A DNA stretch of 64,000 nucleotides, from assembly GCA_013265495.1 (NCBI GenBank), contig MU058478.1, positions 311,816 to 375,815 on the forward strand, read 5' to 3'. A program made the translations under genes and the position numbers. Within the stretch, counting starts at the first letter, position 1; every line of letters begins with the position of its first letter. Positions 52,001-64,000 of the stretch are shown one piece after another. The notes under the pieces were generated by a model, which had not been told where the DNA came from, searched no databases, and saw nothing but the letters and a program-made list of their open reading frames with translations. This DNA is from Vicugna vicugna. Its lineage: Eukaryota.

Positions 52001-52284
52001 AGCAACATGATGCTCTTAGATACAGAAAAGAAAAATAACTCAGTGTATTAACGACTCAGTCAAGACAACATCCCTTATCAAAAAAGGAGTAAAAAAGAAC
52101 ATTCCAGAGCAATCTATTTTCTCAACGTATGCCTTGAACATAAGGAAAAGTACAGCAAAATTAAGGTGATGTAGTATGCAAATAGACCACCGTCAAAACT
52201 CAGAAGATAAGGAACAGCCTGGGATGAGATAATTGGCATAAAATAGCGGACAGATAATGTTACCTAGAACTTGTTTCCAACATA

Positions 52285-52765
52285 GGTGCACCTTGAGGGT
52301 GTTCTGCTAAGTGAATTAAGCCAGACAGATGCGTAGTATCATGTACATGAGAATCTAAAAAAGTCAAACTCATAGAAACAGAGTCGAAAAGGGGTTGCCA
52401 GGGACTGAGGGTGAGGGACACAGGTAGAAGTTGGTAAAAAGGTACAAACTTTCAGTCTAGGATGAATAAAGCCTGAGGTTCTAATGTAAGATATGGTCAT
52501 TATAGGTGATAATTTTTTTGTTTCTGTTTTTTGTGTTTTTTCTTTTTTTGTTTTTTTTTTGTTTGTTTTTTGCTGAAAGTAGAATTTAAATGTTCTCACC
52601 AAAAACCAAAAGAAAATAGATGAATATCAGAGGTGATGGGTGGATGTGTGAGCTAACTAGATGGATGGAGTCCTTTCACACTGTATCCAATCATCACAAT
52701 GTACACTTTGAATATGTTACAATTTCACTTGACCACTGTGCCTTGATAAAGCTGAAAAAAATAAC
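52285..52765 (+). mobile_element. L1MA9-like 3' end
   Basis: 'aatctaaaaaagtcaaactcatagaaacagag...ggtacaaactttcag...gataaagctgaaaaaa'. Confidence 0.85.
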
Positions 52766-53944
52766 AAAAATATTTTGAAAGTGTAAACCACATGCCAGAT
52801 TTTGAATAGATGGTTAAAAAAACTCACTAATTTTACATCAACTACCTGTTGAAACAACAATATTTTGGATACGCTGAGTTACAATGTGATCAAAAATCTT
52901 ACAAAGCTTTAAAATAAGTAACAAAGTTAATAGGAAGATGGAGATAATATATCAAAATGAAATCAATAGAAAAGTAAACCAAAATGTGACTAAATTTGCA
53001 AAGAGACTATCTCACTAGTAATTACGGAACAGTGAATTAAATAGATTTATTTGATCTTATTGGAAGGGCACAGAAAAAGACCAATAGATGAGGCATGGAT
53101 GTGAAAATGGACATGTGTGTGCAAGTTTGGAGAGGGTTGGAGTTGGATGGAGAGCCTCTTGTGTGCAAGCCAGCAGCCTGGACCTGCGTGGACACCCTGG
53201 ACCATGTGTCCTGGGGGGTGCGATGAGCCTTCATTGAGCACCTGCACCAGGGCTGGGGGGCGGGGGGGCTCTTACCTCCATACAAGGTGCGACAGAGCAA
53301 AACGTGTTTTACTTGCTGCTCTGCTAAATTAAAACCAACCTAAATCATTACGAAGAGGGGTGAAAAATTATTGTTCTTGCTACATTCTTGTGATGGCGCT
53401 GGACACAACAGACCAAGTGACTGGACCCCCTTGTGTACATCATTTGGACACAATGTATAAATATGTGATTAAGGCAAAAGAAAGTTCATAGAACAGTGAG
53501 TACTACAAGAGATAATGTTGTAAATATTAAAAACACTGGCATCAATTCTGTGGATTCTGTTGACACCTCAAGTGGCAAAAGGATATGTATCTTTGAAAAA
53601 TCCGAAGTAAATGTATAAAACAATAATTGCTAAAGTTTATGTGTGATGAGCGCAGATGGTTTTAGGTCTCTCTCTGAAGTGTTCTGAATTTCGTGAACAT
53701 TAAAAAATTCAATACAAGAGAAGTGCTTTTGCACCATCTGATGTACACTTTTCTCGACATACTTTCCTTCCTTCTTTGTAATTACGCTAAGCAACTCAAA
53801 CATATCACATGCAGAAAGATATTAGAACAGAATTATTGGCTTCAGTGTATATTAAAAAGATGACTCGCCTTGTACATTTTAATTCTTTCACATTAAATGA
53901 ACAGAGTAAAAATTTCTACAAGCACATTTTAAATACCAAACGTA

Positions 53945-54095
53945 GGGGAGGGTACAGCTCAAGTGGTAGGGTGAATGTTTAGCTTGGATGAGGTCCTGGG
54001 CTCAATCCCCAGTACCTCCTCCAAAAATAAATGTCAATAAATAAATCAATAAATAAATCAACCTAATTACCTCCCTCCCCTCTACAAAAAAAAAA
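53945..54095 (+). mobile_element. tRNA-Ala-derived SINE (camelid vic-1-like), full length
   Basis: 'ggggagggtacagctcaagtggtag...gtcctgggctcaatccccagtacctcc', same 'acctaattacc' tail as the 42450 copy, A10. Confidence 0.9.
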
Positions 54096-54859
54096 TTAAT
54101 GTTTGTCTATTGTCATTGAGGTAGGTCCTCAAAAGAGAAAATATTTTTTAAAAAATACAAAGCATACATTTTTACTGTTTGTCTTATTTTTTGAATATAT
54201 TTATATATATTTGAAGGAGATGTTTTTAAATATTAAACAATGTAATGTTCACTGTAAACAAATGCCTACAGATACATTTTTCTTTTACGGATGACTTACA
54301 GTTGTTATAAAATATATTCAATTATAATATCTTTTTTCTTTTCTTGCATAAAATCGGACCTTGGTTTTATAGACATATTTGCCATAGTAGGACTTATTTT
54401 GAGAGTGTACTTTCATTCTTGCATTGTTTGCTGACTGTAAAACTCCCAACCCTGAGGTATCCTCTTTTCCAATCACTTCTCTTCTTGTTTTTGGTCTCCT
54501 GGCAGCAGGTGATGGATTGCGTTAGCTGCCAGGGTCAAGCTGTTGCCACAGGGAAAAAAAAAACTCATAACACTTGCAGCAAGCATATCAAGTTCGATAT
54601 CGCCACTCAAATTATGGCTTAAACCACGCTAACTCAGCTTTGCGTGCACAATTGCACCCTCAGGATAGGGGACTCAACGTGGCAATAATGCCCAGGGCAT
54701 CCATGAATGAGGTAACGTGAAAACAGGCAGATTACGGTACAGGTGCCCACGGGAACATGCAATTTCTGGAATTTAAAGAAATATCCACTGTATGGAGTTC
54801 AGATTTCCCACAAGATAAGGTATATTATTTTTGTCATTATTTCTTAAAAATGAAATTCT

Positions 54860-55106
54860 TACTTATGGTTACCAGAGCAGGGAGAGGGGATAAATTGGGA
54901 GTTTGGGAGTTACTATATATAGTAAACTACTATATATAGAAGAGATAAACAACAAGGTCTTACCGTAGAACTCAGGGAACTATATTCAATAACTTCTAAT
55001 AAGCTATGATGGAAAAAATATATAAATATATGAATCACCGAACCACTGTGCTGAACACCAGAAACTAACACAGCATTGGAAATCAATTATACTTCAATAA
55101 AAAAAA
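54860..55106 (+). mobile_element. Artiodactyl L1 3' end
   Basis: 'ttatggttaccag...agggaactatattcaata...acaccagaaactaacaca...tatacttcaataaaaaaaa'. Confidence 0.88.
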
Positions 55107-55133
55107 TCTTTTTTCCTTCTTGATAAATCCATC

Positions 55134-55574
55134 TTTTTATTTTTTTGACATTTTTCATTGATTTATAATAATTTGACAATGTTGTGTCAAATTCCAGTGC
55201 AGAGCACAATTTTTCATACCAGTCCTTCTCAAACTCTTCCAGAAGATTGAAAAGGAGGGAACACTCCCAAGCTCATTCTATGAAGCCACCATCACCCTGG
55301 TACCAAAACCAGGCAAAGACACTACCAAAAAAAGAGAATTACTGACCAATATTACTGATGAACATAGATGCTAAAATACTCACCAAAATATTAGCAAATA
55401 GAATCCAACAACACATGAAAAAAGATTATACATCATGACCAAGTGGGGTTGATCCCAGGGACACAAGGGTGGTTCAACATATGCAAATCAATCAATGGAA
55501 TACATCACATCAACAAGAGAAAGGACAAAAACCACATGATCATCTCAATCGATGCAGAAAAAGCATATGATAAA
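55134..55574. mobile_element. Inverted young L1: minus-strand 3' tail (55134-55216) fused to a plus-strand ORF2 RT fragment (55217-55574)
   Basis: Plus strand translates, across 2 frameshifts and a stop, to [34 protein letters not shown]...[19 protein letters not shown]...HHDQVG...[14 protein letters not shown]. Confidence 0.92.
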
Positions 55575-55974
55575 AAAAATTAAAGAAAACAGAATTTTGT
55601 GTCAACTTTTTGTTTCCAAATATTTTTCAAATGAACTTCAGAGATTTTTCGGTTCCAAGAAATGTCAAAGAAAAGAGATGGACACACACACATATCTGGG
55701 ACTCTGTTATTTCCTGAAAATACAGGTGTTCAGAGAGGCTGTCCATCCGATGTGCAGAGTTTTCTGAGAAACGCTTCATGATCTGTCTTGTACTTGATGT
55801 GCATCTGCTCGAATTCCCTGCCTCTCAATTTTTCTTACCCCAAAACTTCCAATTGGCCTCCTTCTGACACCAAAGGGCACAGGCCACGTACTTGACACAC
55901 GAGTCTTGTGTGTTCTCGCTGTCGGACACACGAGAGCAGACCTGCATGAAGACAAGTACACGGAATCTTAAGAA

Positions 55975-56370
55975 CCCAAATTCTGGTTTCAAACATCAGC
56001 TCTACCACTGGTCTCTTCATACATCACTTTTCTTCATCCTTCAAAGGGAAGTATGAAGGGTTCCTTTTCAGCAAGACTTCCACAGGGATTAAATGGGACA
56101 ATATTCATGAAACACTCGAGTGCAAATTCCAGTATCTTGCTTCAATGGAAACACATTGACCCTTAATGGATTAATTCACACACACATGCACATGTAATAT
56201 AATTCTAGACAATATCTTAGTGAATTAAGGAGCAAGTTAAGCATTTGAGCCTCTTAAGCATTGAATAACGTCCTCAGTGACGTCAAGGTGGACCCAGACT
56301 TGTGATCCCATTTTTATAAACGAGGCAACTGTCGCCCTGCTCTAAGTCACTTTCTTTAGCCACTGGCTTA
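55975..56370. mobile_element. Two degraded MIR fragments in opposite orientation
   Basis: 'tcaaacatcagctctaccac...ggattaaatgggacaat' (+) and 'cccatttttataaacgaggcaactg' (-). Confidence 0.5.
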
Positions 56371-58204
56371 ACATGCCAACTCTGCAAAGCAATCAGAAAG
56401 CAAATGAAACAAGTGCTTAATAATAAAACCAGTGGTGCCTGAGAGAATGGGGCTTGGCGGAAGGTGCATGAGTCTTGGGAAGTGTATGGATGTTGGTAAT
56501 ACCCAGAATGTTCCTTTGGAACCACTTTCAGGGGTAATAATGACAAACCAGAAAGCACCCATCGTTCAGTACAGGAGGAAATTGAGAGAGGAAAGTCCGA
56601 TTTCATTCACAGTCTGTCTGAGAAAGTGAACACCTGTTAGTCCTTCAGTCCTGCATCCCAGCTACCCGGGTTCAAGTCATAGGAAGACGTACATTGCCAG
56701 ATACAGCATCCTTTCAGGACGAGTCAGCAGTGGGATTTGCAGCCGCAGGAGATGGCGATTGCCCTGTCACTGCAGAAATCCTGGGGAAGTCCCCAGGGTC
56801 ATTTGTTAGCCATGTCGGAGAGCAGTGTTCTTGGTTGGAATCAGCCGGATGTCCCCGCGGGTCCCCGCGAGTGATGGGGCTCTGTGATTTTAAATCTTGT
56901 CAAGGTCGTGCGGTGATTAAAGACAGGTTATCCTGGGGAATTAGATAACTAGGAAAAAGAGGTCTGGAATAAAGCAAACGTGGGGTTTGAAGCTTCCTCG
57001 GAGGGGAAGTTGTTCACAGATAAAAGGCAACAAGTGTCAGCAGAGATGAAGGGAGTCCAGTGGGTCCCCGGCACTGAAGTGGATCAGGCCTGGAGGAAGG
57101 GACACGCTGGGGCGCGCTTCTGGACTTGTAATTAGGACTCTGCTCAACCCTGGAAAGAAATGCCAGAGGGCAGAATATGACTGGGAGCAGGATGAATCAG
57201 TAGATGACTGGCAGAGCTGGGTCTGTGGCATGTGTGTCCGGTGACAGATGTGCTGAACGCAGGAAACTTCTCATGTGGCCACCTCCACGCTCCTGCACCG
57301 CGTCAACTGAATGCTCCTCCTGTTTCATTGTATTTTCCTAAAATTCCAGCAACCACAGGCAGGCATATATATAGATTCTTTTGGAGACAAATGATGCACA
57401 TGTGTGCTTAGTTTTCAAAGAATCTTCCACTGAAGCTTTCCATCTTGAAAGATTTTTTGCCCCTGAAACAGTTTGCACCACAGTTTCCAAAATCGTGATT
57501 TCATTTTTCATTCTTGTTTCTGTTTTTTTTTTTGTAGCAATTATGCAATAGTATAGAAAACAGATAAAAGACAGGCTTTCTTTCAGCAGAATGGGGGTCC
57601 TGGCCACACCCTGTTGGTTTTACCTTCAAACCACCAAAATGGTTTGAAACGCTCCCAAGGCATCACTGTGGAAACCCGGAGTTATTTGACATAAAATTTT
57701 CAAACCATTTTTCTCTCCGAAGATGCCCACACAACATTACGAGTCAAATCTAGGAACTCAGTTCTCCTCCTGTAATGTGGATTTTTTCTAGCGGATCCTG
57801 AAGTCACAATATTGGGTTTCCCGGTTGAAGTCAGTTTGTAAACTGTCTGTGTCTGTCACAACTTTAGGGAGACAGTCCGAAAGATAAAAACGGTTTTAGG
57901 TGTTAATAATTTTAAAAGTCTTCACATTTTGATACCAGTATCTTTTTTTTTTTAATTTTTGTCCCTCTCTACTGTCATTCTCATCTTCTGTCCCTTTTAA
58001 TGATACATAAAAACCAAATTATCCAGTTTAGGCCAATAAATATCATTGTGAAAAATTTGACAGGCTTTTCAATACTTAAAAGTTGACATTTGTTTGTTAT
58101 CGTTGCTAATACTGATTGTGTTTTGCACAAAATGATGGTCTTTCGTGGAGACGGCATGCAGTTTAGCCAATGCATTGGCTTGTTCATGTCTTTTAGCTAT
58201 ATGT

Positions 58205-58344
58205 TTATTTATTTAGGTTTTTTTCCGGTTTTATTAAGACATAACTGGCATACAGCACCGCACAAGCTGAAGGTGTACGGCATAATGATGTGACTTATAT
58301 ACAAAATGAAATGATGATCACAGTAAGGTTAGTGAACATCCATC
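58205..58344 (-). mobile_element. Older L1 (L1MA9-like) 3' terminal fragment, target of the young L1
   Basis: 'tttattaagacataactggcatacagc...aaggtgtac...ttagtgaacatccatc'. Confidence 0.75.
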
Positions 58345-59240
58345 TTGGTTTTTTTCTTAACATTTTTATTGATTCATAATCATTTTACAATGTTGTGTCA
58401 AATTCCAGTGTAGAGAACAATTTTTCAGGTATACATGAACATATATATATTCATTGTCACATTTTTTTCTCTGTGAGCTACAAGATCTTGTATATATTTC
58501 CCTGTGCTACACAGTATAATCTTGTTCATCTATTCTACAATTTTGAAATCCCAGTCTATCTCTTCCTTCCCCTGTCCCCTTGGCAACCACAAGTTTGTAT
58601 TCTACGTCTATGAGTCTGTTTCTGTTTTGTATTTATGCTTTGTTTGTTTTTTGTTTTGTTTTGGTTTGTTTTTAGATTCCACATATGAGCGATCTCATAT
58701 GGTATTTTTCTTTCTCTTTCTGGCTTACTTCACTTAGAATGACATACAAGTGATCGATAGGCACATGAAAAAACACTCAATATCACTAATTATCAGAGAA
58801 ATACAAATCAAAACTACAATGAGGTATCACCTCACACCAGCCAGAATGGCCATCATTCAAAAATCCACAAACGGCAAATGCTGGAGAGGATGTGGAGAAA
58901 AGGGAGCCCTCCTACACTGCTGGTGGGAATGCAGTTTGGTGCAGCCACTGTGGAAAACAGGATGGAGATTCCTCAAAAAACTAGGAATAGACTTACCATA
59001 TGACACAGGAATCACGCTCCTCAGCTTATATCCAGAAGGAACCCCACTCCAAAAAGACACATGCACCCCAATGTTCATAGCAGCACTGTTTACAACAGCC
59101 AAGACATGGAGACAGCCTAAATGTCCATCCACAGATGACTGGATAAAGAAGAGGTGGTATATTTATACAACGGAATACTACTCAGCCATAAAAACTGACA
59201 GTATAACACCAATTGCAGCAACATGGATGCTCCTGGAGAA
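58345..59240 (-). mobile_element. Young camelid L1, 5'-truncated and 5'-inverted (twin priming), with TSD
   Basis: Minus-strand 3' UTR and tail at 58345-58744, plus-strand ORF2 piece at 58745-59240, TSD gaacatccatc at 58334-58344 and 59238-59248. Confidence 0.95.
58750..59240 (+). pseudogene. L1 ORF2p C-terminal fragment with CCHC zinc knuckle (open frame, non-functional)
   Basis: [16 protein letters not shown]...[19 protein letters not shown]...[14 protein letters not shown]...[13 protein letters not shown]. Confidence 0.93.
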
Positions 59241-60399
59241 CATCCATCATTTTTAATCAACAGCCTGGAAAAAGAAAATTCTTCTGGAAATAAAATGTAA
59301 AATGTTGTCATAAACTTGAGATTTTTTATCATAATATACACACATATACACACATTTATATATGTATTTGAGATTTTTCAAAATTTAAAATAAATATTAA
59401 AGCATGGTATTGTTATTCTACATCATTCTTAAGTGTCTCAATAAGTTTCTGTGAATTTTCTATTTTTTCACAAGCTCAAATATTTCATATTTTTCAGAAA
59501 ACTAGTTCCTAAATATGAGGATACATTTATCTCATTATATTTGGGAGGGGGGAAGAGAGAGAGAGAGAAAATGTTCTTACCAGTTAAAATCTCCACAGAC
59601 TCCCTTCAGGATCAACTAATTTTGATGTATTAGTCCAGAAAAATCAATGCGCGTGGAGAAAATATTATGAGCTATTTCATTAGACATTTATAAGCATTTA
59701 CCTTTCAGTTAAGTACTAAAAGATTAATCTCTTGCCCTTAGGATGTTTTACATTTTATTGCCAAGATAAATAACTTGGCCAAATTTACACAGCTGCTAAG
59801 TGTCAGAGCTAATGATAAAACACGGGATTCTAAATCCACTTTATTACATTTCTGGATGCATCTGACTAGGATCCAGGACACACATAAAATTTTAAATAAT
59901 TTTCCACCCAGCATCCAGAGTAACTGAGTATAATGTCAAGGATAGAATTTAAAAACAAACGAACAAAAAAGATACCATCGGTGTTTTCATTATTACCACA
60001 CCACACACATATACATGGTAGGAGCAGCTGGGCTGATACAGTTTTCCTCGTAAACAGTCAATGAAATATGTTCTCATCCTCTGCCATCACGTTAACCTGG
60101 CCTCTGGCTCCTCTATGGATGTCTTATGGTCATTGTACAATCACTCTGTTTTCATTCCTATCAGAAGACATTATCCCGATTAACAGCATCATTTTTTGTC
60201 TTCACATGCATAACTATTTGAAATTCACCTAAAATTTCCAAGCAGAATGTCTTGTAAGGATGGCGGTTTGCAGTTTACAGTCATCCTTGTTAGTAATAAA
60301 ATAAGTCCAAAAACAGTCAGACATGTTTAGCACACAAATAATATAAAAGTATAGGTTGTTAAAGAAGAAACTTTATGAATAATATAGAGTTGATCGAAG

Positions 60400-61560
60400 C
60401 AATGTTTCATCCAATTAAGTTGCACAGTGTGTTATGAGCTGAGCTCCTATTATGTCTTGGGTTTTGGGAAAAGATCCTGACACAGAGCTTATCTCCTAAA
60501 ACATCTAGATGGTGACACAGAAAAACAAGAAGTAAACAAATACAAAAAAAAAAAGCAAATGAAAATTTTGGTAAGTGCTAAGGAAGAACGAAAGAATAGC
60601 AGTAGTTTAGGAGGTAATTATTCTGTGGGAAAGAGAGGTGATTTAAGTAACGAGGGGGCTGTGACATTAACGCTTGGGAGGGTGATGTTACAAGTGAAGG
60701 AAAGGTGTCATCCATGCGAAGGGGACTCCAGGCAAGTCTCTGCTGAAGCCCTGAGACCTGGCAGTCTGAACGGGTAAGAGAGGGTAGATTTTAGATGTTA
60801 TCAGGGTAAGAAATGTGGTTTTTGAAAGTGTTAGGTAGATAAATGGGGCAGACAGGTGGAGGAGAGGGAGGAGGGTCCAGAAGATGGTGTGACGCCCGCC
60901 TCCAGCATGAAGGGGCCTCGCTTCCTCTGAATGATGCCAGCGAGACACCGGTTAGAACCTGATGGTCACAACTGCTCGGTAGCATCAAGGACCTAACCGG
61001 ACAGGACCCAGTGCTCATTGTAATACAATTAGCATGCGGTTTAGCCGCTCACCATGGGTTTTTCTGCGTGCATCATGGGCAAGGACATGCACAAAAGGGG
61101 AGGAGCATGACTAAGCACCCAGGGACAAGAGCTGTCAATCAGTTAAGAGACCACTTCTAAGCAACGGTGAAAGACGGTAGGGGGGGGGGCAAAGACCACT
61201 GCTGTCCATCCTTGGATCAGCCCGCCTCCCGTGCTTGGAGGTGAGCTATCCCTTTGGTAATAAAACCTCTCAAATCTTTCACGACCCACCTGAATTCTTA
61301 CCTTCCAGGTAACACAAGACCTGGGATCCTTTCCCTTTCCCCTTTTGGGGGTAACAACAGAAAGATGGGTTTTAATAGAAATGCAAGGAGAAACACTGGG
61401 ATGGTACCAAGCAGGGATTAAAGATATGAGTTCCGATGGTCCTCTGCCGTCCGGAGAATGACCTGGAAGACGGAAAAACGAAAACACGGAGCTCAGTCTG
61501 GGCGTTACCTCAGGAGTCCAGGTGAGAAATGAACACAGTCCGGATGAATTTGGCCAAAAT
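60400..61560 (-). mobile_element. L2 3' region split by a solo LTR
   Basis: 'ggtaagtgctaagga', 'gtgacatt', 'aagccctgag' and, after the LTR, 'agtccaggtgagaaatga'. Confidence 0.6.
60829..61359 (+). mobile_element. Relatively young solo LTR with a perfect 5-bp TSD
   Basis: TGTT...AACA termini, GAAAG at 60824-60828 and 61360-61364, AATAAA at 61259-61264, many CpGs retained. Confidence 0.88.
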
Positions 61561-62689
61561 GCTGCTATGCAAACGGAGATGAGCTTGGGATGTGGCTGTT
61601 GGTAAAATGATCAGTAAACTGGGCAGAAGGAAAAAGAGACAGCGTTCTCCATCCAGCTACTGCTTTGGTACCTTTGGTAAATAGTGGCACCAAGTACTGA
61701 GATGGGTGACAGAATGATTCAGCAGGGCATCCGGTAAAAATAAATTTAGGGAAACACGAGATACAGAGAAGCTGAGAGGAGCCACAAACCCAGGCAAATT
61801 TGGTTCTTATGCAGTGTGTGAGCCTCGGGAAGGAAGGGGGACAAGGACCAGAGCAGTGATGCTCAGACAAGTGACATTCTGTCTGCTGCTCCATTTCCAT
61901 TTTATTTTTCATTTGATTTTAAGTGATGGATGGGCAGGGTGGACTTTGCCCCAGCAGCCTTCAGCCATAGGATTTTTCTCTCACTTTGTGACTTCACAGA
62001 AACAGCCAGGGACAGACTCAATGGAACGTTCTCCTGGCAAATCATTTTTGGCTGACGGAGTGAATCTTTAAGTCAGGCACAGAGTCTTACCAACAAGGAG
62101 GTTGTCTAAGGATGTCCGATCAGCCGGTGTCTCACTGCCAATGTCCACGAATGCCACTGAGAAGATGACAAACTCAGCTTTGCATCCCTCGCTGTCCTTG
62201 GAACAAGGAGGGTAAATGACGTCCATCATTCGTGAAAACTCATTTATTTCATGGTGCTTTCAAAAACAGACTCCTTTCTCTCCCTGACAGTTTCTGCTGA
62301 TTACAACATAGTTTTGTTTTGTTTTTGGTTTTTCTTTTTTTTTTTTTTGGAGTCCTGGTCTTCCTTCAAAAATTTACCAAGCCCCTGACACAGGGTTCTT
62401 TTCCTTCAGAATCTTTTCCTGGAAAACGTTAAGCTCTAGATGGGATGAGTTTAAAATAGAATTGTATTTTTTTTTCCCCAGAGCTCTTTCTTTCCAAAAT
62501 GTATTGCACTATTTGTGATAAGAGCAATACAGTTGTTATATTTTTGCCTTAAGGACATCACAGCTAGATAAATATTTCCAAATAGAAGTCAGAGATGGAT
62601 AAGACAAATATATATATATAGATATCTATTATTATGGGATATTATATTAGCTCAATAATTAGAAATTATTTAACTTACCAACAAGGAGT

Positions 62690-62900
62690 AGATATTGTAT
62701 ATAAAGTATGATCTCAATTTTATAAGAAAATAAATCTATGGACATATATGAATAGAAAAAAATAGACCATTTGAAAGTGCATCACAATGCTGATGGTTTG
62801 AGGTTATAAGGACTTTATACAATTTTTTTTCTTTTCAATATTTGCCACCCGCCCAAATTTCACTGTAGAGCACGCACTGTTTAACATGAAGATGTATAAA
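62690..62900 (+). mobile_element. L1ME-like 3' end remnant
   Basis: 'tgtatataaagtatgatctcaattttata' and similar downstream motifs. Confidence 0.5.
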
Positions 62901-63764
62901 TGCTCTAAAAATGGAGTAATTTGCACTTAGAATACAGATGCATTAAAAAAAAAAAAGAAATAGCAGAGTGGCTTGGAATCAAGGCGGCATGGTTCTGAAG
63001 AATCGCATAGTCCGGGCTGACTTGGGAACCTGTCACCAGTCCAGGGGAATTGGAGACACGGAGAAGCCAGACTCTGCCAAAAAAAAGTGGTAGGATTTTC
63101 TGGACTCCTCATCATGAAGCTGGTGACGAAGCCACACGTGTCCAGTTGGACGAAGAGTTCGGCTGTTAAAACGGAAAAGCCATCTCTGTGCCTGCGTGCA
63201 TCCTCCAATCCCCAATTTTTATCAGTATTTAGGTTCCATGTCTGCAGCCTCAGCTATATCATGTTTTCCAGCCCTTGAAACCCACTGTCTTCGCCTCCAG
63301 GACCCATTGTCAGTCTCACCTTACGCTGATCACATTTCTTCCTATATTTCCTTTTCCTTCATTTGCATTTAAATTAACACAACATAACATGACACGTAAA
63401 TTGCAACTCATCTTGTGAAGACGAGCACATGCACTCCTTAAAATTCTTATGGATTGAATTTTTGCGTATGATACACGAAGACCCTGAATGTTTTCATGTG
63501 CAATGAATATTTGCTCTGACTGTGCCTGGATGTTGATGACATTGGGGGACATATTTTAGTTTCAGCCAAAGTGGCGTGGAGATGGAGGTGTTGTTCCCTC
63601 GCTTAAACTCGTGGAGAAGTGCTCTTCCTCCCTCCGGTTGGCTGTCTTCCATCCTTCACAGCCCTTATAAAGGGGGGGATCTGGGAATCAGCACTTACAG
63701 AGATGCTCTTATATTGTTTTGGATAATTATTATAGCTCCGAGGAATTTTCAGACACTTGAATTC

Positions 63765-64000
63765 TTTTCTGTTGATTTTAATTTATTGCATTATAGTCAG
63801 TTTACAATGTTGCATCAATTTCCAGTGTAGAGCACAATTTTTCAGTTATACACGAAAATACATATATTCATTGTCGCGTTCTTTTTCACCGTGAGCTACC
63901 ACAAGATCTTGTATGTATTTCCCTGTGCTGTACAGGATAATCTTGTTTCTCTATTCTATATACACCTGTCAGTATCTGCACATCTCGAACTCCCAGTTTG
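63765..64000 (-). mobile_element. Camelid L1 3' end, running off the window
   Basis: Aligns by eye with 58365-58560 ('ttacaatgttg...ttccagtgtagag...caagatcttgta'). Confidence 0.92.

Noticed and set aside
58750..59256. 168-aa ORF as a host gene
   Set aside because: Inverted fragment of L1 ORF2 with no promoter or proper start

Overview
This is mammalian non-coding DNA, intergenic or deep intronic. It is most likely camelid, because it carries two tRNA-Ala-derived SINEs of the vic-1 type and young artiodactyl-type L1 3' ends. I recognised no host protein-coding exon, RNA gene or CRISPR array. The only recognisable protein-coding sequence is retroelement relic: an L1 ORF2 RT fragment (55217-55574), the L1 ORF2 C-terminal CCHC region (58750-59240) and an ERVL dUTPase remnant (~37290-37480). 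The window is dominated by old repeats (L1M, L2, MIR, MER20, MaLR/ERVL and ERV1 LTRs), several younger solo LTRs with target-site duplications (TSDs), and large GATA/GGAT/CAC simple repeats. The most notable structures are a base-precise twin-primed L1 inversion, a second inverted L1 with a large internal deletion, a tiny TSD-flanked L1 insertion with a possible 3' transduction, a triple-nested LTR stack, a perfect 4x53 bp tandem array and a ~270 bp tandem duplication. There is also a hint of AT->GC-biased repeat divergence, which would fit a high-recombination (PAR-like or subtelomeric) region. Repeat family names are from recalled consensus sequences, not a database search, and old-repeat boundaries are approximate. 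I found no convincing evidence for a novel biological system.
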